IMG/VR virus record: IMGVR_UViG_3300028840_004475
Location: 32,001-96,000 of that record
From: a virus
DNA length: 64,000 nt
Reading direction: 5' to 3' (one strand)
Shown: one piece after another, positions 9,701 through 17,559 of the stretch
Position numbering within the stretch: position 1 is the stretch's first letter
Layout of the letters: every line of letters starts with the position of its first letter
The notes under the pieces: model-generated
Databases searched by the model: none
Seen by the model: the letters and a program-made list of their open reading frames with translations, nothing else
What the model was told of the DNA's origin: nothing
Program-made: the position numbers and the translations under genes

Positions 9701-10449
9701 CGCTGACGCTCGAGGTCTTCGATACCCATCAGCCACTTCGTCCTATCAACTGGCTGTAGGTCTACCCTCTTGTGGCCACCGGGAGCTATCTTGGGCAGCA
9801 CGTCTGCAAGCTTCGCTCGGTTCGGACTGTGGTAGTGGCAGTCGCTAGTCAAGACACACTTGACGCCCAGCTGTTTCGACAGGCGCAACAGGACTCTGTT
9901 ATACGCCGGCTGTCTGGGATCGTCTGATAACTGCACCTCGAACCTGAGGTTGTCACCGTAGATCTTGTGCAGCCTCTTGGCCACCTTCAGCGCCGGGACG
10001 TAGCCGGCCTCAGATGACACTGCAATGGGGCCGGTGAGTGAACCAGTGAGCGCGTAGACGTCGGCGTTCCACTTCTTCAGGGCTGGCCAACTGACCCTGG
10101 GGCGCCCAAACTTTGTGTTGAGCCCCTTCGACCAACCATACTTGTGCAGGTAGAGCAGGTTCTTGTAGCCGCGCTCTGTCTGCGCCAGCAGTACGATTGG
10201 TTCGCCGCGGATGTCCGTTGAGACGTCGTCCACGACATCAATCTGAGTACCGAAGATGCACTTGACCTTGTCGTCGTTGTCCTTGGCAGCCATGTACGAC
10301 GCCATGGCCGAAGCCATGTTGCCGTCTTCCGTGATCGCAATGGAAGTGATCGAGCGTTCCGTCGCCACCTCGTACCACCGCGAGACCTCTCCGACCCCCT
10401 TGAGGATGGAGTATTCGGTGTGCACATGTAGATGGGCGAACTCTCCCAC
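6760..10449 (-). CDS. dnaE: DNA polymerase III alpha subunit (DnaE) with mini-intein
   Basis: PHP start FAHLHVHTEYS, ARGSVAGSLVAY, FERFLNP, PDIDLDF, KLDVLG, GVFQF, RPGP, YQE, YGFN|SH, C-terminal OB fold. Start moved to GTG 10449, which overlaps the upstream TAG. Confidence 0.95.
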   Translation of the reverse strand: MGEFAHLHVHTEYSILKGVGEVSRWYEVATERSITSIAITEDGNMASAMASYMAAKDNDDKVKCIFGTQIDVVDDVSTDIRGEPIVLLAQTERGYKNLLYLHKYGWSKGLNTKFGRPRVSWPALKKWNADVYALTGSLTGPIAVSSEAGYVPALKVAKRLHKIYGDNLRFEVQLSDDPRQPAYNRVLLRLSKQLGVKCVLTSDCHYHSPNRAKLADVLPKIAPGGHKRVDLQPVDRTKWLMGIEDLERQRASKHSYVTQLMFDELVHNTLECAANCNVELEIGKHSLPVYDRTSHELNTDDMKNNADLFLAIAKEGFRERIGRNKKKRKRIDEYRKRFKYEYGVIKKANFIDYFLIVEDIIRWCRNNDIAVGAARGSVAGSLVAYCMKITDIDPFEFDLMFERFLNPTRISGERAKSADALPDIDLDFEKVRRPDVKQYLVDKYGADRVCTITTYQTMKLKSLIRDLHRAFGGDLPVDEDSVALFDIRKLNKLCSSLEDEKIEDLKQAKKKSKLFKSFYADYPYFVDYYCEGLEDQVKAPSRHAAAVLITPTKLTDWVPIRSQNVQDEGRVTVTQWEDIYCERRGLLKLDVLGIKTLNVFKTCARLVEERHDKQIVLATDKINLHEHEVLAEFNKGATEGVFQFNSRLQSSFLSRLDHVVLEDLITANAVLRPGPMDADAHNKFIDLKAGNMTPEYDHAMLEEYLHRTYGLYIYQEDVMRTANVLGQLSLSEADVMRTAMKKHDKAMMDEFRAKFIDGAVKNGLDAMRAIGVWEKLLAFFAYGFNRCLVGDTLVLTASGEYVRISTLYKRHCAGAEIWLKSWDKESGTVVDHKVGAVYKNGKRNVARLSLRSGNSVTLTSRHGVATKRGFRIAKDLRADDDILFLPDGSDSLDASVMKLDRCHYDDNVPVTTYDISMAGEPRNYFANGFLVHNSHSASYAVTGYYCQWLKVHYPLEFWAATLEHAHVDEKKNENIWTFRKHIQQIGIEFEPPAATRPTAEFSIEGDRIAWPVKAIKGIGVKTADAIATSCKESSPKTLREFFDCVPKRNVNKKAFDLMIAAGAMDCFGKPHEVAEEYYRSLRKDKEVPEKFRESPSNTEHWTMMKEAALGYMSEPLRVRYSSWFHEQVSSMAAVARAPDGEVMIAGGMVRRVHPHPGRNGGMMYFIDVEDKDGSFLLFVSPKFSDRNEVYVRVGDLVEVVGRKGTSNRNEPEIVLDGGSNSEMAVMHRE
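7651..8091 (-). mobile_element. Mini-intein (147 aa, no endonuclease) in DnaE
   Basis: YGFNR|CLVGDTLVL..TLTSRHGV..TYDISM..RNYFANGFLVHN|SHSASY. Confidence 0.92.
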
Positions 10450-10865
10450 TACTTCTTCTCTTTGCCCTTCACGGTTCGGTCTGGAACGTGCGTTCTCTTC
10501 GCGAACATCCACTCCTGACACAGGGCAGCTGCTCTCTTCATGGCATCTGTGTTGTTCGGTATCAGCACGCGAACGTCACCGGTGTGCCACTTTGCCACTT
10601 CGATGCCTTCGGTACTCGTTTGAGGCTTCCACCCCCTGCTCTTGTTCAGGACCAGAGACAGGAGCTTGTTGCTAGAGCCCTGCCTCGTGATCGAAACCAA
10701 TGGACCGAGATGATCACTGAAGACGCTCACAGTTTCCTTGTGGTTCACCTCAGTGATTTTCTCGAGCAACACGACGAGGAGCTTGAACCCTTTCGGTATG
10801 ACCGTTTTTCCGTACCTCTGGGTTTTGTCGCTCCTCGTCTTTCTCTTCTTGCGTTCAGTCATCAA
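10449..10865 (-). CDS. Hypothetical basic protein (138 aa)
   Basis: Overlaps both neighbours in the operon. No motif recognised. Confidence 0.6.
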   Translation of the reverse strand: MMTERKKRKTRSDKTQRYGKTVIPKGFKLLVVLLEKITEVNHKETVSVFSDHLGPLVSITRQGSSNKLLSLVLNKSRGWKPQTSTEGIEVAKWHTGDVRVLIPNNTDAMKRAAALCQEWMFAKRTHVPDRTVKGKEKK

Positions 10866-11964
10866 GCTCGCCCAGCTCGTCGTCGTCCAGCTCTAGCTCT
10901 CCCAGGTCGTCATCATCGAGGTCGTCCAGGTCGAGATCATCTGGATCGTCGTCGTCATCGAGTGCGTCCAGTTCTTCGTCGGTCAGGTCGTCGAGGTCAT
11001 CCAGGTCGAGGTCGTCCAGACCATCTGGATCGCCGTCATCCTCTGAAGTTGCCTCGGCGTCCGCCCCATCGCCTGCCTCCTCGGCTGCAGGCTCGCCGTC
11101 ATCTTCGAGTTCCGCCAGCTCCTCATCGCTGAGGGACGCCAGCAGCTCCTCATCGGTCAGGTCACCGTCGTCGGCGCCTTCATCTGCGGGTGTCTCATCG
11201 GCGTCTGATGCGGGTTCGCCGTCGCCAAGCTCATCGCCAAGCTCGTCGTCACCCAGCTCGTCTTCGCCAAGCTCGTCGCCCAGCTCATCATCGCCGAGTT
11301 CGTCGCCCAGACCATCGTCGCCGGCATCACTGGCTGGATCGTCCAAGCTGTCATCTTCCAGCTCTGCCAGCTCTTCGTCGGTCAGGTCGTCCAGTTCGCT
11401 GTCCAAGTCGTCGCCCAGCTCGTCGCCCAGCTCGTCGTCGGCGGCACCCAGCTCATCGGCATCGTCGGCAGCGGCATCCCCTCCACCATCGACCTCAGGA
11501 TCGGCGTCTGCGTCAGCGTCGCCGGTGTCCAGGTCATCGAGGTCGAGGTCGTCACCCAGCTCGTCTTCGCCGAGTTCTTCCCCGTCCAGCTCTCCGAGGT
11601 CATCGCCGTCCTCTGAGGACGCCCCACCATGGCCGTTCTTGCAGACGGGGCCGCTCTCTGTCTCGTACTGGGGCTCCCCACAGTCTGAACACTTCGTGCC
11701 AGTCTCGGGGTGGTCCTCCAGCTTCTTTGGCTCCTCAGGCTCCGGGGCCGGCGCCGGCTCCTCGACCTCGCCTGCCTTCTCCTTGCGGAGCCGCTCCATC
11801 TCGATGGGACAGTCTATCACCCATCCGCAGCGATCCGCCTGACACTCAGGGGCGTTCGGGCTGTAGTACTTCCCGTAGCAGTCGTTGGGGTTAGCAAGCG
11901 ACTCCTCCGGTGTCTGGACGTCAGCCTTCGCCTCTTTCTTCTCAGTCTTCTTCTTGCCACCCAT
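10855..11964 (-). CDS. Protein with two N-terminal Cys/His clusters and an ~250-aa Asp/Glu-rich repetitive tail
   Basis: DCYG..ECQADRC..DC and CSDC..CKNGH, then DELGD and DLTDEEL repeats with no K/R. Confidence 0.75.
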   Translation of the reverse strand: MGGKKKTEKKEAKADVQTPEESLANPNDCYGKYYSPNAPECQADRCGWVIDCPIEMERLRKEKAGEVEEPAPAPEPEEPKKLEDHPETGTKCSDCGEPQYETESGPVCKNGHGGASSEDGDDLGELDGEELGEDELGDDLDLDDLDTGDADADADPEVDGGGDAAADDADELGAADDELGDELGDDLDSELDDLTDEELAELEDDSLDDPASDAGDDGLGDELGDDELGDELGEDELGDDELGDELGDGEPASDADETPADEGADDGDLTDEELLASLSDEELAELEDDGEPAAEEAGDGADAEATSEDDGDPDGLDDLDLDDLDDLTDEELDALDDDDDPDDLDLDDLDDDDLGELELDDDELGELDD

Positions 11965-11967
11965 TGT

Positions 11968-13059
11968 TTACCCCTTCGCGTGCTCGAGTCTGAGCCGGAT
12001 GTCAGAGAGAGCCGTTCGTGATCTTTTGTATGGTCTGCGGGCGTCATAGAGACGCTCGTACTCATCAAAGGTCAGCTCGTCAGGATCCTTGTCCTCGAAT
12101 TCCTCGAGAGACATGACCTTGACGGCACCGAGGAAGCCCTGCTGCAGCCGCTTCGCCATCTTCGAAACGCGGTCCTCCGTCCCAGAGTCAAGGCAGATGA
12201 CAGCCTCTTCGCAGCCGGAATCGTTGAGCAAAGCGAGCTGTTCGTCGCTCAGATTCGTACCGAAGACGCAGGTAGCGTTGGCACCATATAGGAAGAGCCG
12301 GAGAGCATCAAAGATACCCTCCGTGATGAGCATCGGTTTCTTGCTGCCGACGTAATAGTCGTACAAAAACAGCATCTTACTCAGCGCCTTGCCAGGTGGG
12401 TTGAGGGTCTTCGGGCGCTTCCCAGTGGGGTCTCCACCGACCCTGTACGCCAGCCACGCTCGGCTGCCGATCGACGTGACCGGGAAGAACACGCGATCCC
12501 TATATCTCACCCATCTACCACCTACCTTCTTGCCCATATATTTTGGCCCCAGAGACTCGATTACCGACTCCGGCATCCGGCGCACGATGGTGAGCCACTT
12601 GTAGGCGTTCACCACGTCCGGGTCACCGTCCCTGCGAATTGGTTCGGCCTCCTCTGGCATGTCTATGCTGACGGTCTCAACGTCAGTATCGAAGGTGCGA
12701 ATCGGCTCGGTCTGCTGGAGCAGCCTCTTGACGTGTTTCAGGGTGTCGTTGTCTGAGAAGTTGTTCTCGACGTAGCTCTCGGCTCTCTCTTCATCGATGC
12801 CATAGTAGAGACCGACCAGGACGAAGATGTTGTGCCCCTTGTCGCACTTGGGGCTGTGGCCACGCCAGCAGTTGCCGACCTTCTTGTCGATGTTGAAGAT
12901 GTAGCCATCCTTGTGCTTCTTCTGCGGGTCACAGAACGGGCACGGGAAGACGTACTCTTCTCTGCTGTAGCCTACGTTGGTGGCAGCGAACTCACGCTCC
13001 AGCCACGTCAAGACAGCACGAGGTCGCACCGACGAAAGTTTCTTACCGCTAGCGGACAT
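11968..13059 (-). CDS. dnaG: DNA primase (Zn finger plus TOPRIM)
   Basis: CPFC..NCW..C Zn finger, ITEGIFDAL, FGT, CLD, KDPDE. Confidence 0.85.
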   Translation of the reverse strand: MSASGKKLSSVRPRAVLTWLEREFAATNVGYSREEYVFPCPFCDPQKKHKDGYIFNIDKKVGNCWRGHSPKCDKGHNIFVLVGLYYGIDEERAESYVENNFSDNDTLKHVKRLLQQTEPIRTFDTDVETVSIDMPEEAEPIRRDGDPDVVNAYKWLTIVRRMPESVIESLGPKYMGKKVGGRWVRYRDRVFFPVTSIGSRAWLAYRVGGDPTGKRPKTLNPPGKALSKMLFLYDYYVGSKKPMLITEGIFDALRLFLYGANATCVFGTNLSDEQLALLNDSGCEEAVICLDSGTEDRVSKMAKRLQQGFLGAVKVMSLEEFEDKDPDELTFDEYERLYDARRPYKRSRTALSDIRLRLEHAKG

Positions 13060-14371
13060 CGAACAACATCCTGCTGAAGTCTGGCCTCAATGTGATAGGC
13101 ATCCCGTCCATGTTGCTGTCTCTGGCCTTGACGATGGAGAGGCTAGCTTCACCGGTCAGCCTCTGCTTCGTCGTCCTCACGAGCACCAACATCAGGTCGA
13201 GGAGACGTGCCTTATCGTACGCCTCGCTCATGTCCTCAGGTGTCGGGTGGTCGTCTGTCGAGGCCTTCAGCTGACTCGTGACGAACCCGATCATCTTGCG
13301 CTCGAGGAGCAGCGACTTCAGCTCCCAGTAGACCGCTGCCTTCTGCAACCTGTACTCCTGGAACCTCGAGACAGGAATCATCAGCTCTGGAGAGTCAACC
13401 AAGAGGACATGGGTCTCGTGGCCCTCATCCTTCTCGAGGTGGTCGAGGATGCGCTCCAGGGTGGCGACGTTGGTCTTGTTCGGGGTGCACTTGAAGATCT
13501 TCAGGCGTGTCTTCACTGCGTTGCGCAGCATGTGGAAGTTGCGCTCTGCCTGTATCAGGAAGCGCTTGTTCTTGCCGCCGTAGTTGTACATCTGCATCAT
13601 GTCGTACATGACGCCGGTGAAACTGGCATCGTAGCGGCCTTCAATCTGTGCCAGCGCGTTCTCTGTGATGATGTGAGTGACGTTCAGGTCTTGCCAGAGC
13701 GCCTGCTTGCCGACGTGCACGCAGCTGATCGACTTCCCGACGCCTGTCTTCGCGCTCATGGAGACCGCCATCCCTGGCGTCACACCACGAGGTATCTGGC
13801 GGTCAAGCTCCTTGATCCCAAACTTCAGCTTGAGCGTGCTCTGTGGATTCTCGGCTTCCTCTTTCCTGACGCGCTGCCTCTCTTCGAAGCCATCCAGGTA
13901 GTCGCTCTCCTCCCACTCAGCTTCTTTCTTGGTCTGGAGACGCTGCAGGTTGTTGGCCAGGGTGTCGACCACCGAGTCTATGTTGTGGTGACCCTCGACC
14001 GCTTCAGCTGCTGTTGCCAGGTGCGAGATGAACTTGGAAGTCGCGGTGAACTTGTTCAGCTCACTGAACCAGAAGTCTAGGTTGTCCGGCTTCCTCTTGT
14101 AGAGCGCCTTGATCAGCCTTGCGTATCTGGTGGCTGTTTCATCGTCGACATACTTGTCGTTGGACAGGATCCTGAGAAGAATCTTCTTGCTGGGTGCGCG
14201 CCCACCGTATTCTGGGTGCCTGAAGTATGCGTAGGCCTTCCGATAGATCCAGGAGAAGATGGGCTTGTCGAAGTCCTTGCCGTGCAGGCCGCTCTCGACG
14301 GCCTTCTCCAGGAATTCCTGGCTATGCAGGACACCGAGTATGATCTCCCGTTCTGCAGCAAGGTCAGCCAT
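13049..14371 (-). CDS. dnaB: DnaB-like replicative helicase
   Basis: AKTGVGKS (Walker A), ITEN, LLVDS, TSQL, VKARD. Confidence 0.88.
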   Translation of the reverse strand: MADLAAEREIILGVLHSQEFLEKAVESGLHGKDFDKPIFSWIYRKAYAYFRHPEYGGRAPSKKILLRILSNDKYVDDETATRYARLIKALYKRKPDNLDFWFSELNKFTATSKFISHLATAAEAVEGHHNIDSVVDTLANNLQRLQTKKEAEWEESDYLDGFEERQRVRKEEAENPQSTLKLKFGIKELDRQIPRGVTPGMAVSMSAKTGVGKSISCVHVGKQALWQDLNVTHIITENALAQIEGRYDASFTGVMYDMMQMYNYGGKNKRFLIQAERNFHMLRNAVKTRLKIFKCTPNKTNVATLERILDHLEKDEGHETHVLLVDSPELMIPVSRFQEYRLQKAAVYWELKSLLLERKMIGFVTSQLKASTDDHPTPEDMSEAYDKARLLDLMLVLVRTTKQRLTGEASLSIVKARDSNMDGMPITLRPDFSRMLFDVR

Positions 14372-15202
14372 CTACTTGTACCATTGCTCCCGAGCGTTCT
14401 TCCGCATGTCGTTCTTCGGGTCGAAGATGAGCGCGCGGTAGTTCCTCATGAAGGCGCCAACGATGTTTCGTGTATACGTCTCCACGATGTCGTCATAATC
14501 GATGTTGCTGATGGTGATGACCGGCATCCTCGCAGCGTCTCTGTCCTTCAAGATCTCCTCGATCTCGCCTGCGATGTGGTCCCTCGAGCCAGTCTCTTTG
14601 CCAAGCTCATCGATGATGAGCAGGTCTACCCCGCGCACTTCGTTGCAGAGCGCCTCCCACTTCTTCCTCTCTGGACCCTTCTCGGTGATGGACTTGTTGA
14701 TCAACTTCATGAGGGCGCGGAACTTGATGTAGTGCCCCGTGTGACCAGCCCTCAGATAGTAGTCAAGGATCTTGCAGGCGGCGTACGTCTTGCCAGTGCT
14801 GTTGGTGCCGATGAACAGGTAGCTGTACCCGCGCGACAACACCGTGTGCTTCTTCTTGACGTATGGCCTGACGTGCTCAGCAATGAAGTCGACCGGCGGC
14901 ATCTTGTCGCCAGTCGCGAGGTCTATCTCGACTACCTTGCGCTCGATCAGCTTCTGCCTGGTGACGTCCTCGATGAGAGCCAGCGGGACACCGGCGATCA
15001 TCATCTCGAGGTATCGTTTGAACAGCCGCATGCAGCGACAGTCGACGGTCTCCACTGAGAGGGCGTCGTCATCGTACGACGTCAAGGTACGGCCAGTGCC
15101 GCCACACCTCTTGCAGCGCCCAACGATCTTCTGCCTGTAGTCCAACGCCATGTGCTCGATAGCGAGCGTGCGCTGTTCGTCACCGGTCGAAAAGCTTAGC
15201 AT
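14372..15202 (-). CDS. DnaC/IstB-like AAA+ ATPase (helicase loader)
   Basis: CKRC..CRC Zn site, GTNSTGKT, LLIIDELG, TISN. Directly upstream of dnaB. Confidence 0.8.
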   Translation of the reverse strand: MLSFSTGDEQRTLAIEHMALDYRQKIVGRCKRCGGTGRTLTSYDDDALSVETVDCRCMRLFKRYLEMMIAGVPLALIEDVTRQKLIERKVVEIDLATGDKMPPVDFIAEHVRPYVKKKHTVLSRGYSYLFIGTNSTGKTYAACKILDYYLRAGHTGHYIKFRALMKLINKSITEKGPERKKWEALCNEVRGVDLLIIDELGKETGSRDHIAGEIEEILKDRDAARMPVITISNIDYDDIVETYTRNIVGAFMRNYRALIFDPKNDMRKNAREQWYK

Positions 15203-15725
15203 GCTCCTCTGCCCGCGCTTCGATCTGTTCGTTCTCTTTCGCCAGCACTCTCTTCCTGCTCTTGTCCATGAACCACGACTCGATGACGCCCTGGTTCACG
15301 ACGTACCCGAAGATCTGCCGAGGCGACTTCACCTTGTACCTTCGCTGCGCCTCTTCCACGGCGTGATGGAAGTAGGCTCCCATGTTCTCTAGCTCAGCGC
15401 CGTTGTGGTCCGTAGCATACCTATACGCGTCCCACAGCCTCTGTTTGTCAGTGGCGTGTTTCTTTTTGTAGACGGTGCCGTTCTTGTCCTTCCAGCTGCT
15501 GAACGAAGTCCTGTTCCTCAACTGGAAGGTTCCGCCGACAATCTCTTCGTACGCCTTCTGAAACAGGGAGACGATGAGGTTCTTCTGCTCGTTGATCTTC
15601 TTGATGCCGTCGCTGCGCTTCTTCTTGCGATTTGCACGCAGTTCCCTAATCTTGCCGAGGTCTACACAACCGGCACGAGTAGTCGACTTCTTTATGTCGA
15701 TCTTGGCAACTTTATGCGTCGTCAC
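15180..15725 (-). CDS. Hypothetical basic protein (possible initiator/DNA-binding protein)
   Basis: Basic 181 aa, overlapping both the loader and helicase genes. Function inferred from position only. Confidence 0.55.
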   Translation of the reverse strand: MTTHKVAKIDIKKSTTRAGCVDLGKIRELRANRKKKRSDGIKKINEQKNLIVSLFQKAYEEIVGGTFQLRNRTSFSSWKDKNGTVYKKKHATDKQRLWDAYRYATDHNGAELENMGAYFHHAVEEAQRRYKVKSPRQIFGYVVNQGVIESWFMDKSRKRVLAKENEQIEARAEEHAKLFDR

Positions 15726-17178
15726 TCTCGTACTCCTGTTTCAAGATGAAGGCTTTCTCACCCTCATATACACTTCTTCTGTGTCTGCTGTGCCTCCTCA
15801 GCCATTTGTGTGTCGTGTCGAAGAAGTCCATGTACTTCACCCGCTGCTCAACATGCGGGTCAACGTCTGACTGACCGTCAGGCGGTATCTTCCTGAGCAC
15901 CCTCCCGAGTCTCTGCGTGGTTGCGATGTCGCTGTCGCCCCCGGCGAAGTTGATCGCCGCGCACACGCGAGGCAAGTCTACACCCTCGTTGTAGATGGAG
16001 GTACCGATCAAAATCGGGAAGTTGCCGACGCGGAAGTCCTCGAGCGCCTTCTCACGAGCACTCGTTGGCTCGGAGCCGGTCATGTACCGCATGTCCTTGT
16101 TGTCGACTCCGTAGTCACGCGACAGCATCTGTCGTATCAGGCGCCCGTGCTTCACCAGCCGCACCATCGCCAGCACTTGCTCGCCCTTCTCGTACTGGGT
16201 GGCGATGAAGCTGCAGCCCTTGGTGTTGCGCAGGGAGTTCTCAGTCACCAGCACGCGCTCGACAGTGCCCCAGTGGTCGGACTTGACCCGGTCCAGGGAG
16301 TCCATCTGCGGCATGTAGATGAGGGGCCTCGACAGCCAGCCCTGCTCGATCATGTACGTGGTAGTGAAGTGGCTGATCACGTCGCCGGTGTGCGCGAGGA
16401 GGTGCAGGTCAGCGTTGTCGGTGCGGAAGCAGGTGCCGCTGAAGCCGTGTCTGGCCTGAGTCTGGGCGCACGCCTTGGCAATCTTCACCCACGTGGTGGC
16501 TGCCAAATGGTGCACTTCATCGCACATTAGGTACCTAATATTGCCTAAAAACCTTTCAGCTCTTTCTGCCAGCAGCTCGTCCTTGCGGATGAGGCTGCTG
16601 ACGATGCCCACGGTCCACTTCGCCGGCTTCCAGTGGCCGTCACCGATGATGCCCACCTCCTCACCCGTCATCCCCGAGATGCCGCGCTGCAGCTGGTACA
16701 TCAGCTCCTTGCGGTGGGTCAGGACCAGGGTCGGCAGGTCGTAGCAGAGGATGAGGGCAGAGATGAGCGTGGTCTTACCGCTCCCCGTCGGCCACCAGAA
16801 GAGGCCGTAGGGGTTGGCGACGCCGGCAATGACGCCATCCACCTGATAGTAGCGGAGCTGGATCGGGAGGGCCTTCAAGCGCTCGAGAACCTGCACGTCA
16901 GAGATGACCGCGGTCTCTCTCCTGTCCTTGACGTTGGCCTTGCAGCCGTACTCCTCGAACACTTCGAGGATGCGTGTCAAGAGGCCGCTGGGGAAGCTCT
17001 GGCGCCCCTTCGTGAACAGGCAGACCCTGTCGATGCCCGGGTGGAGCCCCATGTGCCAGGCGCCCTTCACCGGGTACGAGGTGACCTTGTCCACGGCCTT
17101 GTGGACGACCCTGGGCAGCTTCTCAACTACCCGGCTGCGCGCGGCACCGACCTCGATCGTGTACGTGCTCAAACCCAC
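15712..17178 (-). CDS. Superfamily 2 DExH helicase (UvsW-like)
   Basis: LRYYQ, PTGSGKT, DEVHH, FSGT, EGVDLP, QRLGRVLR. Confidence 0.9.
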   Translation of the reverse strand: MGLSTYTIEVGAARSRVVEKLPRVVHKAVDKVTSYPVKGAWHMGLHPGIDRVCLFTKGRQSFPSGLLTRILEVFEEYGCKANVKDRRETAVISDVQVLERLKALPIQLRYYQVDGVIAGVANPYGLFWWPTGSGKTTLISALILCYDLPTLVLTHRKELMYQLQRGISGMTGEEVGIIGDGHWKPAKWTVGIVSSLIRKDELLAERAERFLGNIRYLMCDEVHHLAATTWVKIAKACAQTQARHGFSGTCFRTDNADLHLLAHTGDVISHFTTTYMIEQGWLSRPLIYMPQMDSLDRVKSDHWGTVERVLVTENSLRNTKGCSFIATQYEKGEQVLAMVRLVKHGRLIRQMLSRDYGVDNKDMRYMTGSEPTSAREKALEDFRVGNFPILIGTSIYNEGVDLPRVCAAINFAGGDSDIATTQRLGRVLRKIPPDGQSDVDPHVEQRVKYMDFFDTTHKWLRRHSRHRRSVYEGEKAFILKQEYESDDA

Positions 17179-17309
17179 CTCGCCCCACTATATACCTCGG
17201 CAACCAGTACCTTTCGCTGACCTTTTTCAGTTACAGTACTCCATTGTCGGTAACGCGGGCGCGTATTGTCTTGGCGCTGGAGCGAAGAATTTGGAGAAGG
17301 CTTCAGGAA

Positions 17310-17497
17310 CTCGAGAGGCGCATGGCCTTTTGGGAGGACGCACCACTCCATTGAGGCCCGTCGGGCGATACTCGAGACCATCTTGGTCGAAATAGGTGAT
17401 GGCCGTCGTGCCTACACCGGCCTCACCTCCCGCCCCCTCGGCGCTCACAAGGTTCGCTGCCTGCGGGGTCGGTCAGGCGTCGCTGTCGCGCCGCCGA
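17310..17497. other. Cluster of adjacent inverted repeats (candidate structured RNA or leader)
   Basis: CTCGAG/GGCCT/GGAG nested stem 17310-17376, GACCA-TCT-TGGTC 17376-17388, AGGTGA-GGCCG-GTG stem 17394-17428, TCGGCG..GCCTG stem 17438-17497. Confidence 0.45.
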
Positions 17498-17559
17498 TTT
17501 CTTTCTCGATGTAGTGCTGGTCGAAGTCTGGTGGTGGTTCTGTGTGGGCCCAACGGGAA

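Noticed and set aside
10450-10521. Longer DnaE start at 10521
   Set aside because: It overlaps the upstream gene. GTG 10449 gives the typical start just before FAHLH.
10860-11620. Repeat-rich DNA as a possible CRISPR or non-coding array
   Set aside because: The repeats are degenerate, in frame and encode DELGD peptides. There is no repeat-spacer structure.
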